From: an uncultured Poribacteria bacterium
Lineage (GTDB): Bacteria > Poribacteria > WGA-4E > WGA-3G
Direction of reading: 5' to 3'
Assembly (NCBI GenBank): GCA_958296135.2
Contig: CATQHZ020000001.1
Coordinates: 2,144,001 to 2,208,000 of the forward strand
Length of the DNA stretch: 64,000 nucleotides
Shown in pieces: positions 9,955 through 18,810 of this stretch; within the stretch, counting starts at the first letter, position 1, and the number at the start of each line of letters is the position of its first letter. The notes beneath the pieces were generated by a model that saw only the letters and a list, made by a program, of their open reading frames with translations, was not told the DNA's origin and did no database searches. Both the position numbers and the translations under genes were made by a program.

Positions 9955-10773
9955 TTAGGTTCCGCTCTGCCGAAACCCCACCTCCGTCCGATGCCAATTG
10001 TGCCCCCGGTCTGCATCTCGGAACGGGATACTTCTCCCCAACAACTGCTTGAGGATATCGCTTTCACCCGCTAACGCTGCATCGGTTAACTGCCGAGGCA
10101 TGTCCTCCTGCGGATAGATAACCGAGCGGTTATACATGCCGAGCAACCCGACGCGCGGCGCGTCTGTCACGTTTGGCAGACACTGGTGCCAGATGGCACC
10201 GTTCGTAAACAAAATTGAACCTTTCGGCGCGACAGCGATGCTCTTCTCCAATCCCTCTGCTTCGCCTAACTCTGGGCGGCGCAGCGTTTTGTGCGAGCCA
10301 GCAATACACGCTGTCGCGCCGTTATCCGCTGTGAATGCATCCAGCATCCACACCGTCTGTCCCGTCAATGAACCCGAAGGAAACGGCGGCTGCATCGCCC
10401 AGTAGGGATAGTCAATGTGCCATCCGCCAGCGGGCGCGCCCGCACCAACGATGTTCGCCGTGAACGTTGAGGCGATGACATCCTCGCCGAGCATCCGTTT
10501 CCATACCGCAATAACTGTGGGATGTTGGACAAGCCGCCGAAAAATAGGCGATTTGCCAACGATGCCCCACACGCGCCGGATCTTACTATCGCCGTAAGTG
10601 TGGTCCCGGCCGTTTGCGATATCCTCCTCAACGAGGGCCCATATCGCCTTGCGCGCTTCGTCTGCCTCTTCGGGCGTGATGACGTTCTTGATAATGTGGA
10701 ACCCCACCTCGCCCAGGTCGCGTTCCACGCGGTCAAGTCTCTCTGAATCTAATGCCGATTTGATTTTTAGCAC
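9955..10773 (-). CDS. Phytanoyl-CoA dioxygenase (PhyH) family 2OG-Fe(II) enzyme
   Basis: WHID, LDAFTADNGAT..IAGSH, WH..N...R motifs. Confidence 0.9.
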   Translation of the reverse strand: MLKIKSALDSERLDRVERDLGEVGFHIIKNVITPEEADEARKAIWALVEEDIANGRDHTYGDSKIRRVWGIVGKSPIFRRLVQHPTVIAVWKRMLGEDVIASTFTANIVGAGAPAGGWHIDYPYWAMQPPFPSGSLTGQTVWMLDAFTADNGATACIAGSHKTLRRPELGEAEGLEKSIAVAPKGSILFTNGAIWHQCLPNVTDAPRVGLLGMYNRSVIYPQEDMPRQLTDAALAGESDILKQLLGRSIPFRDADRGHNWHRTEVGFRQSGT

Positions 10774-10790
10774 GGTTACACCTCAAAAAT

Positions 10791-11130
10791 CGCACGATAC
10801 CGTAGGGTGGGGGCCTGTCCCCCGCCATGCATGCAAAAGCCCTTTCTTTATCGCTCACCAAACGCACGCCAAAAAAAACGCACGATACCGTAGGGCGGGG
10901 GACAGGCCCCCGCTATGCATGCTAGAGCCCTTTTTTATCGCTCACCAAACGCACGCCAAAAAAAACGCACGATACCGTAGGGTGGGGGCCTGTCCCCCGC
11001 CATGCCTGTTAGCCCTTTTTCAACGCTCACCAAACGCACGACAAAAAAATCGCACGATACCGTAGGGTGGGGGCCTGTCCCCCGCCATGCCTGTTAGCCC
11101 TTTTTTTTAACGCTCACCAAACGCACGCCA
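10791..11130. repeat. Four ~86-bp tandem units, each containing a GTAG REP-like hairpin
   Basis: cgcacgataccgtaggg(t/c)gggg...ccccgc...cgctcaccaaacgcacg units start near 10791, 10879, 10966, 11051. Confidence 0.85.
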
Positions 11131-12126
11131 CAAATTTGTGGCAAGGGGAAGACTCTGAATACTTTCAATAATCCGATCCTCTCCATCATCTTCATCGCTA
11201 TTCGGCACGCGGTTGTGCTTGTCCATCCACGCGATGTTCTCTGCAACGCTTTCTGTCACAGGCGTTTGCGGGTCGAACTCAGGCAGAACCGCCGCCAACT
11301 TTGCGCCGCTGTAAATCTGCGTATGCCCGAAGTTGTCAAGCAGATGGATATACCGCTGCGTATCGATGCCGATGAGCGTATCTTGCGCTACATGCACGAA
11401 CTCTGCCGAAACACCGAGGACCGCCGCGGCCACTTCCTGCCACTCATCCCACGTGCGCGGCTGCGGGTGAACGAGGTTGTATATCTCGCCGAAGCACTCG
11501 GATTTGCCGAGCACCGCTGCAAACGCAACCCCCGCATCCCGCGATGCCAAAAATTGGAAATAGTTCGTCCCATCGCCCACAGAGATAATCGGTTTCGCTT
11601 TGCGGAGCCGGTCAATCCAGACCCCGCCGCATCCGAGCTGCCGATGTAGGGGTATCCCTGGCCCGTGCGTGTAGGACGGCTTGAAAATCGTCACGGGAAA
11701 CCCATCGCGTGCATGCGCTTCCAACAGCAGATTATCCGCCGCAATCTTGCCCAGTGCGTAATCCGAGGTGCCGTTCAACGGTGCTGTTTCCGGCAAATTT
11801 ATCCCATCAAAAGGCGGCCCGTATGTCATCACTGTTGAGCAGTGGACGAAGTGCCCGACGCGTCCCTGAAATGCCCGTATTGCGGAGGCAGTATCCTCAG
11901 CGTTGAAACTAATCATGTCGATGACAGCATCCCACTCTTCCGCGCCGACTTTGGCTTCAAAATGGACGCGCTGTCTCCTGTCTCCATAAATCACGCGCAT
12001 GTCTTCTGGCGGCACATCTACGTGCTGCCCGCGGTTAAACAGCACGACTTCATGGTTGCGCGCTTGCAACGCGGCGACAATACCGCGGCTAATGTTGCCG
12101 GTGCCGCCGATGACTAAGACTTTCAT
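11107..12126 (-). CDS. NAD-dependent epimerase/dehydratase family protein
   Basis: MKVLVIGGTGNIS, YxxxK (YALGK). Confidence 0.9.
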   Translation of the reverse strand: MKVLVIGGTGNISRGIVAALQARNHEVVLFNRGQHVDVPPEDMRVIYGDRRQRVHFEAKVGAEEWDAVIDMISFNAEDTASAIRAFQGRVGHFVHCSTVMTYGPPFDGINLPETAPLNGTSDYALGKIAADNLLLEAHARDGFPVTIFKPSYTHGPGIPLHRQLGCGGVWIDRLRKAKPIISVGDGTNYFQFLASRDAGVAFAAVLGKSECFGEIYNLVHPQPRTWDEWQEVAAAVLGVSAEFVHVAQDTLIGIDTQRYIHLLDNFGHTQIYSGAKLAAVLPEFDPQTPVTESVAENIAWMDKHNRVPNSDEDDGEDRIIESIQSLPLATNLWRAFGER

Positions 12127-13481
12127 TCGTTGTCTACCTCCTCGATTAACTTCACTTCGGAGTCCGTTAACCCATACAACGCGTAAACCAACGCGTCAAT
12201 CTTTTCCTCAAGGGCCGGGACTTCGCTGCTGTTCGGCTCGTCAAGGATTAACTGAACGTACTCCGCGAGGGCCGATTTCTGCTCCTCTGTCCGCTCCGCT
12301 ACCGGAAAACTCGGCAGTCGATATTCGTATCCCGGCTCGTAGAAATCGATCCAGTTCTTCGCACTCAGTGGTTTCTCATACGAGGATTGATATTGGGTTT
12401 GCGCATAGAAATGGAAAAGTTTGCCGTTCAAAATCGCCAGCAGCGAGAGGTCATCAGTCGGTATGTAACGACGACTCTTATTTAAGAGAAACGCCCCAGA
12501 TGCGTCATAGTAGGCCTGCATAGCAATCCCACCTCGATAGACAATTTTGGGATGCCGAAACTCAGGATACTCTGCACGCGCAGCAAGTTCCCAATAGAAT
12601 TCGCCTTGACGACTACGTGTTTTTAACTTATCACTATAGCCGTTGAGATGCTCGTGGATTGCCGGATATTCGTCCGCAAAAATATGCTCTGCTCCCGACT
12701 CGTTTCTGCCGGACCAGGGCCACTGTCTGAATTTGCCGCTTGGGATAAATATCAGATACTTCGGGGTCAGTTGCCACCTCTTTATCTGCGGCTTCCCAAT
12801 GGCACGTTTTATGAGCTCATCGCTTTTCGCATCCTCACCGATTAACTGCTCGCGTTTGGATTCGTCTATGACGAATGCCAAGTTGCATCCAGTTTCAATG
12901 TAATCACGGTTGAGCTCCAAAAGGTCTCCCAGTCGCGTTCCGGTATTATCAATCTTCGTCAACAACGCTTCAGACGGAACTTCCGCAATCGCTGGCGCGT
13001 TTCGTTTTGCAGGGAAGAAATCAGCCGGGATTTCATGGGCGGAGTCAATGTGGATGCGCGCCTGCTGCTCTCCCCACGAACGGATAGTCAACGCCGCACC
13101 TTCAAAGAAAGCAAACGCAAACGGACGAAAATGCTCATCAACACAGAGAAAACCGAAATCCACCGCGGTATAGCCTTGCCGCTGCAATCCTTCACTGACG
13201 TGAAACAGGAGCTTGGGATACCCTGCCTTCTCACGAAAGCGGATGAGGAACGGCAACCGAGTCCCGGAAGCGTCCCCAGCGCGAACGCGGAGCTCTTGGC
13301 ACTCAATGACCTGGGCGGCGACACCCCCTTCAAGCCGAAGATACGGTAACGGAAAGGGCCGTGCAATTTGCTCCAGCGTGGCACCTTCCGGAATAGGCAA
13401 CCCCAGTTTTTCGTCTAAAAACTGCATCAACGATGCCGCATCGCCGATGCCCTGAATATCGTCACGCGTAACGATACGCAT
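12123..13481 (-). CDS. Specificity cassette C4: conserved N-domain + TaqI_C-like TRD, no methyltransferase motifs
   Basis: MRIVTRDDIQGIGDAASLMQFLDEKLGLPIP start; FYWEL...PKIVY...DLSLLAILN...IDALVYALYGLT as in the TRD of the 1681-aa MTase. Confidence 0.85.
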   Translation of the reverse strand: MRIVTRDDIQGIGDAASLMQFLDEKLGLPIPEGATLEQIARPFPLPYLRLEGGVAAQVIECQELRVRAGDASGTRLPFLIRFREKAGYPKLLFHVSEGLQRQGYTAVDFGFLCVDEHFRPFAFAFFEGAALTIRSWGEQQARIHIDSAHEIPADFFPAKRNAPAIAEVPSEALLTKIDNTGTRLGDLLELNRDYIETGCNLAFVIDESKREQLIGEDAKSDELIKRAIGKPQIKRWQLTPKYLIFIPSGKFRQWPWSGRNESGAEHIFADEYPAIHEHLNGYSDKLKTRSRQGEFYWELAARAEYPEFRHPKIVYRGGIAMQAYYDASGAFLLNKSRRYIPTDDLSLLAILNGKLFHFYAQTQYQSSYEKPLSAKNWIDFYEPGYEYRLPSFPVAERTEEQKSALAEYVQLILDEPNSSEVPALEEKIDALVYALYGLTDSEVKLIEEVDNE

Positions 13482-13684
13482 TTAGCAATGTCCTCCTATC
13501 GTTTTCGGGATTCGGTGCAGCATGGGAACGCACGCTCTTTTCTTTGAAGAATAGACGCATTCGTTGAAGCCGAGGGACCGCGAGGGACAGGCCCTCGCGC
13601 TACGAGCCAAAGTACACGCTGCCCCTCTCCGAAGGGCGAGGGCCCGGCGATCGCGAATCGCCGAGGGTTCCCCTCGCCATGCTG
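13482..13684. repeat. Inter-cassette spacer repeat (near-identical to 18606-18810) with RBS and REP hairpins
   Basis: ttagcaatgtcctcctatcgttttcgggattcggtgcagcatggga...gcgagggacaggccctcgcgctac...cccctcgccatgctg. Confidence 0.9.
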
Positions 13685-15043
13685 CTACCGATGTTCTTCA
13701 ATTAATGCGCGTTCCGCCGCCGTTAGCCGATACAGCGCGTAAACCAACGCGTCGATCTCTTCCTCAAGGGCCGGGACTTCGCGACTGTCGGGTTCGTCAA
13801 GGATCGACTGAACGTACTCCGCGAGGGCCGATTTCTGCGCCTCTGTCCGCTCTGCTACCGGGAAGACTTCCATGATGCTTTTCTTGAAATCCAATCGACT
13901 CCCACTTGATGAGAGACACTCAGATCTCGCCCACCAACTAAACAGTTTGCTGTTCAAAACGGCGAGCAGCGAAAGGTCTGTTGTAGGGATGAAAAATGCC
14001 GGCGTTAAGACAAGCGCGTCCGACTCTTCATAACACGCCCGCATCGAATTGCCCCGGCTATACGGATAGATAATTTTGGGGTACTCTAGCAAAGCATAAC
14101 GCCTGCTTGAAGGGAACTCCCAATAGAATTCTCCCTGTTGCGTGCGCTCCTTCAAAGCGTCTCGGTAGCCGTTTAGATAACCACTAACCGCGGGATAAGT
14201 TATAGCAAAGATGCTCTCCGCTTCTACATCGTTAAGCGCATCAGTCCAAGGCCATCGCGTGTTTAGACTGCTTGGGATAAATATCAGATGCTTTGGCTCC
14301 GCTCTCCATTTTTTTCGCGAAGGTATGTCAACCATCGGCTTTATGATGTCCGCGCTGCTAGGATGTTCGTTTAACAACCTCTCATAAGTGGACACGTCCT
14401 CTATAACGAAGGCTTGGCGGTATCCGGTGTGAACACCACTGTAAATGTTCCCATGATGCCTCAAGAGCGTTCCCACCTCCGGCAGTTTGGCTAACAAACT
14501 CTCGCGCGTAGGACTCGGATCCGGTCGTACCGGCGGCTCAAAAACGAACTCAGGAGGAAGTTCATGTTCATAAGAGACGTGGATAGTCGTATTCTCCTGA
14601 GGCCATGAAAAAATAGTCAGCTCCGCGTTCTGCCAGTCATCCTCCGCCGAATCGTTGAAGTAGGCAAACGCGAACGGTTGGAGATGCTCATCTGTACAGA
14701 TAAACCGGAAAGGGGCAGAGCCTCCGGCATTCCGCTCAAGGGCCGGACAGATGGCGCGAAGTGCAGATTCGTAGCCCTGATTGGTGTTAAATCGCACCAA
14801 GAAGAGGATCCACGGTTCAGGATTTTCCGAAGTATCTCCAGGGAAAATCTGGAGTTTCTGGCAATCCAAAAAATGATCTGCGACAGGTCCTCTCAGCCCA
14901 AGGTCCCTTGGTCTAAACCGTGGACCTGTATCTTCAAGGGTTTCACCTTCCGGGATAGGCAACCCCAGTTTTTCACGCAAAAACTGCATCAACGATGCCG
15001 CATCGCTGATACCCTGAATATCATCACGCGTAACGATACGCAT
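13685..15043 (-). CDS. Specificity cassette C3 (N-domain + TaqI_C-like TRD)
   Basis: Same conserved termini as the other cassettes; unique TRD loops (IYSGVHTG, YWEFPSSRRY). Confidence 0.85.
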   Translation of the reverse strand: MRIVTRDDIQGISDAASLMQFLREKLGLPIPEGETLEDTGPRFRPRDLGLRGPVADHFLDCQKLQIFPGDTSENPEPWILFLVRFNTNQGYESALRAICPALERNAGGSAPFRFICTDEHLQPFAFAYFNDSAEDDWQNAELTIFSWPQENTTIHVSYEHELPPEFVFEPPVRPDPSPTRESLLAKLPEVGTLLRHHGNIYSGVHTGYRQAFVIEDVSTYERLLNEHPSSADIIKPMVDIPSRKKWRAEPKHLIFIPSSLNTRWPWTDALNDVEAESIFAITYPAVSGYLNGYRDALKERTQQGEFYWEFPSSRRYALLEYPKIIYPYSRGNSMRACYEESDALVLTPAFFIPTTDLSLLAVLNSKLFSWWARSECLSSSGSRLDFKKSIMEVFPVAERTEAQKSALAEYVQSILDEPDSREVPALEEEIDALVYALYRLTAAERALIEEHR

Positions 15044-15318
15044 TTAGCAATGTCCTCCTATCGTTTTCGGGATTCGGTGCAGCATGGGGAGGATATAAGC
15101 AACATCCATTCTGACGTTAGAGTCTACCATATCTCCCCCAAAACTGCAACCGATTTTCTTTCGATTAACAGAATGAATGCGTCTTCCGTTTGGAAACGAC
15201 ACATCGTCGGAAACTAACGTCTCTTCAGGTCTGCTAGGACCTGCATGTATAAAGAAAAACGTGTTGGCCCCTCTCAAGGTCTGCTAGGACCTAAATAGAT
15301 GTTTCCAGCGACGCTCGG
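15044..15318. repeat. Inter-cassette spacer; shares only the ~45-bp RBS block and contains two aggtctgctaggacct palindromes
   Basis: ttagcaatgtcctcctatcgttttcgggattcggtgcagcatggg then divergent sequence. Confidence 0.7.
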
Positions 15319-16824
15319 CTACCGATGTTCTTCAATTAACGCGCGTTCAGCCTCCGTTAGCCGATACAGCGCGTAAACCAACGCGTCAATCTCTTCCTCA
15401 AGGGCCGGGACTTCGCGACTGTCGGGTTCGTCAAGGATTAACTGAACGTACGCCGCAAGGGCCGCTTTCTGCGCCTCTGTCCGCTCCGCTACCGGAAAAC
15501 TCAACAGTTGAGATTTTTGTCCCGGCAGGTAGAAACTGATCCAACTCTTCGCACTCAGTGGTTTCCTAAACGAGGATTGATATCGGGCTTGCGCATAGAA
15601 ATGGAAAAGTTTGCCGTTCAAAATCGCCAGCAGCGAGAGGTCGTCAGTCGGTATGAAATAACAACTATTCTGTAAGATAAACGCCCCAGATGTGTCATAG
15701 TAGGCCTGAATAGCAATCCCACCTCGATAGACAATTTTGGGATGCCGAAACTCAGGATACTCTGCACGCGCAGCAAGTTCCCAATAGAATTCGCCTTGAC
15801 GACTACGTGTCTTTAACTTATCACTATAGCCGTTGAGATGCTCGTGGATTGCCGGATATTCGTCCGCAAAAATCTGCTCTGCTTCCGACTCGTTTCTGCC
15901 GGACCAGGGCCACTGTCTGAATTTGCCGCTTGGGATAAATATCAGATACTTCGGGGTCAGTTGCCACCTCTTTATCTGCGGCCTCCCAATGGCACGTTTT
16001 ATGAGCTCATCGCTTTTCGCATCTTCACCGATTAACTGCTCGCGTTTGGATTCGTCTATGACGAATGCCAAGTTGCATCCAGTTTCAACGTAACCACGGT
16101 TGAGCTCCCAACGGTCTCCCAGTGGCGGTCCGGTATTATCAATCTTCGCCAACAATGCATCAGACGAAGGTGAAACGACTCTCGCCAGCCCTGTCTCCTC
16201 CTGCACGGGAAGTTCCGGCACATTCAACGGAACTTCCGCATAGGAAACGACAGCGCGATCTTCAGGATCCGGCAGGTCATCCGGTCGCTCGTTGACCCCA
16301 GGCGTTACAGGTGGATCATCCGGTCCCGGAGACGGAGCGGGGAAGAAGACATCCGGTAATACATGCTCCGCACCAGTGTGAACGACCGTCTTCGCCTCTG
16401 TCCACGAAAAGACGGTTAATTCCGCGTTCTGCCAGTCACCTCCCGCCGAATCACTGAAATAGGCGAACGCGAACGGTTGATAATTCTCTCCCATACAGAT
16501 AAAACCGAAATCTGCAAGATTGCGGCCGCGCAACCTTGGTGCACCGCTCACAAGACGCAAGACTTCCGAACAGTCCTCTTCACTGCGAAATCGGATGAGG
16601 AAGATGCCGGAAGGTTCACCGGAAGCACCGCTGATTTCCTGGCAACTCAGAATCTCGCGAGCGATGTCTCCGCTGAGTCCCAGCGAATAGGGTGAAAAAT
16701 CTGCGACAATCTCTCCAAGGCCTAAACCTTCCGGAATAGGCAACCCCAGTTTTTCGTCTAAAAACTGCATCAACGATGCCGCATCGCCGATGCTTTGAAT
16801 ATCATCACGCGTAACGATACGCAT
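15319..16824 (-). CDS. Specificity cassette C2 (C1-type N-domain + C4-type TRD)
   Basis: N-half nearly identical to 17157-18605, C-half nearly identical to 12123-13481. Confidence 0.87.
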   Translation of the reverse strand: MRIVTRDDIQSIGDAASLMQFLDEKLGLPIPEGLGLGEIVADFSPYSLGLSGDIAREILSCQEISGASGEPSGIFLIRFRSEEDCSEVLRLVSGAPRLRGRNLADFGFICMGENYQPFAFAYFSDSAGGDWQNAELTVFSWTEAKTVVHTGAEHVLPDVFFPAPSPGPDDPPVTPGVNERPDDLPDPEDRAVVSYAEVPLNVPELPVQEETGLARVVSPSSDALLAKIDNTGPPLGDRWELNRGYVETGCNLAFVIDESKREQLIGEDAKSDELIKRAIGRPQIKRWQLTPKYLIFIPSGKFRQWPWSGRNESEAEQIFADEYPAIHEHLNGYSDKLKTRSRQGEFYWELAARAEYPEFRHPKIVYRGGIAIQAYYDTSGAFILQNSCYFIPTDDLSLLAILNGKLFHFYAQARYQSSFRKPLSAKSWISFYLPGQKSQLLSFPVAERTEAQKAALAAYVQLILDEPDSREVPALEEEIDALVYALYRLTEAERALIEEHR

Positions 16825-17156
16825 TTAGCAATGTTCTCCTATCGTTTTCGGGATTCGGTGCAGCATGGGAACGCACGCGCTTCTCTTTGAAGAATAGACG
16901 CATTCGTTGAAGCCGAGGGACCGCGAGGGACAAGCCCTCGCGCTACGGCCCAAAGCACACGCCGCCCCTCTCCGTAGGGCGAGGGCCGTCACGGTCACGC
17001 CTACAGCAAACGTGCGTGTGTCGCCTCGCGAAAGCACGGTCACGTCTACAGAAAATGTGCGTGTGTCGCCCCGCGTAAACACGCTACCTTACTTACTTTA
17101 ACGTTGTCCTCTCTGCCGCCTCGCTGCAGAGATGTCCACTGCCCCTCGCCATGCTG
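16825..17156. repeat. Inter-cassette spacer repeat with an extra insert containing a 45-bp imperfect direct repeat
   Basis: First ~160 bp match the other spacers; cacggtcacg(c/t)ctacag...gtgcgtgtgtcgcc at 16990 and 17035. Confidence 0.8.
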
Positions 17157-18605
17157 CTACCGATGTTCTTCAATTAACGCGCGTTCAGCCTCCGTTAGCC
17201 GATACAGCGCGTAAACCAACGCGTCGATCTCTTCCTCAAGGGCCGGGACTTCGCTGCTGTTCGGCTCGTCAAGGATCAACTGAACGTACCCCGCAAGGGC
17301 CGCTTTCTGCTCCTCTGTCCGCTCCGCTACCGGGAAGACTTCTATGTCGCTTTTCTTGAACTTCAACAGGGTTTCACCGGGGGCACGACACTCGGATTGC
17401 GCCCACCAATGAAAAAGTTTGCTGTTCAAAATCGCGAGCAGAGAGAGATCTGTCGTGGGTATGGAAAATGTGCCGAGGAAGCGAAGCGCATCCCCTTCTA
17501 CATAACACGCCCGCATTGAACTACCATCCGGATAGATAATTCTAGGGCGGTTATCAGGACTCTGGTCATCTACCGAGAGTTCCCAATAGAATTCACCTCG
17601 GTGAAATGCAGAACGGTTTTTTAATTTATCCCTATAACGGTTCAGGTGATTGCTGATTGCGGGATAGGTTTCCGCAAAAATTCGCTCCGCGGCCGCTTCA
17701 TCTGTCGTAACTGACCAGGGCCACTGTTTGTGCCGACCGTTCGGGATCCATATCAGATACGCCCGCTGCGGCCCCCATTTTTTCTTTTTGGGAACGCGAA
17801 CCAACGGCCTCATGAGTTGGGCACTGGCAGGGTCTTCCGCGATTAACTGTTCGCGTTTGAATTCCTCAATAACGAACGCGCGGTTGAGCCTAGTGACAAT
17901 GTTGCCGCTCAAAATGGTCCATTGCTGACCCAACGGTAACCCGCCCTTTTTCAGTTTGGCTAACAAACTCTCGCGAGAATACGAAACGACTTTCAGTTTG
18001 GCTAACAAACTCTCGCGAGAATACGAAACGACAGCGAGATCTTCAGGATCCGGCGGGTCATCCGGTCGCTCGTTGACCCCAGGCGTTACAGGTGGATCAT
18101 CCGGTCCCGGAGACGGAGCGGGGAAGAAGACATCCGGTAATACATGCTCCGCACTAGTGTGAACGACCGTCTTCGCCTCTGTCCACGAAAAGACGGTTAA
18201 TTCCGCGTTCTGCCAGTCACCTCCCACCGAATCACTGAAATAGGCGAACGCGAACGGTTGATAATTCTCTCCCATACAGATAAAACCGAAATCTGCAAGA
18301 TTGCGGCCGCGCAACCTTGGTGCACCGCTCACAAGACGCAAGACTTCCGAACAGTCCTCTTTACTGCGAAATCGGATGAGGAAGATGCTGGAAGGTTCAC
18401 CAGAAGCACCGCTGATTTCCTGGCAACTCATAATCTTGCGGGCGATGTCTCCGCTGAGTCCCAGCGAATAGGGTGAAAAATCTGCGACAATCTCTCCAAG
18501 GCCTAAACCTTCCGGAATAGGCAACCCCAGTTTTTCGTCTAAAAACTGCATCAACGATGCCGCATCGCCGATGCCCTGAATATCGTCACGCGTAACGATA
18601 CGCAT
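17157..18605 (-). CDS. Specificity cassette C1 (N-domain + TaqI_C-like TRD)
   Basis: Conserved termini; unique TRD; 14-aa tandem duplication VVSYSRESLLAKLK at the hinge. Confidence 0.85.
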   Translation of the reverse strand: MRIVTRDDIQGIGDAASLMQFLDEKLGLPIPEGLGLGEIVADFSPYSLGLSGDIARKIMSCQEISGASGEPSSIFLIRFRSKEDCSEVLRLVSGAPRLRGRNLADFGFICMGENYQPFAFAYFSDSVGGDWQNAELTVFSWTEAKTVVHTSAEHVLPDVFFPAPSPGPDDPPVTPGVNERPDDPPDPEDLAVVSYSRESLLAKLKVVSYSRESLLAKLKKGGLPLGQQWTILSGNIVTRLNRAFVIEEFKREQLIAEDPASAQLMRPLVRVPKKKKWGPQRAYLIWIPNGRHKQWPWSVTTDEAAAERIFAETYPAISNHLNRYRDKLKNRSAFHRGEFYWELSVDDQSPDNRPRIIYPDGSSMRACYVEGDALRFLGTFSIPTTDLSLLAILNSKLFHWWAQSECRAPGETLLKFKKSDIEVFPVAERTEEQKAALAGYVQLILDEPNSSEVPALEEEIDALVYALYRLTEAERALIEEHR

Positions 18606-18810
18606 TTAGCAATGTCCTCCTATCGTTTTCGGGATTCGGTGCAGCATGGGAACGCACGCGCTTTTCTTTGAAGAATAGACGCATTCGTTGAAGCCGAGGG
18701 ACCGCGAGGGACAGGCCCTCGCGCTACGGGCCAAAGCACACGCCGCCCCTCTCCGAAGGGCGAGGGGCCGGCGAGCGCGAATCGCCGAGGGTTCCCCCCT
18801 CGCCATGCTG
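18606..18810. repeat. Inter-cassette spacer repeat
   Basis: Near-identical to 13482-13684. Confidence 0.9.

Noticed and set aside
10791-11130. CRISPR array
   Set aside because: Inter-hairpin segments are similar to one another, so it is a degenerate tandem repeat
12123-18605. Diversity-generating retroelement acting on the cassettes
   Set aside because: No reverse transcriptase in the window, and C2/C4 differences include C/T and C/G changes on the coding strand rather than adenine-only changes
18606-18806. Leader peptides ending PMLHRIPKTIG(G/E)HC in the spacers (also 15044-15277, 16825-17082)
   Set aside because: The nearly identical spacer at 13482-13684 is 2 bp shorter and breaks the frame; shared residues are explained by the conserved RBS block
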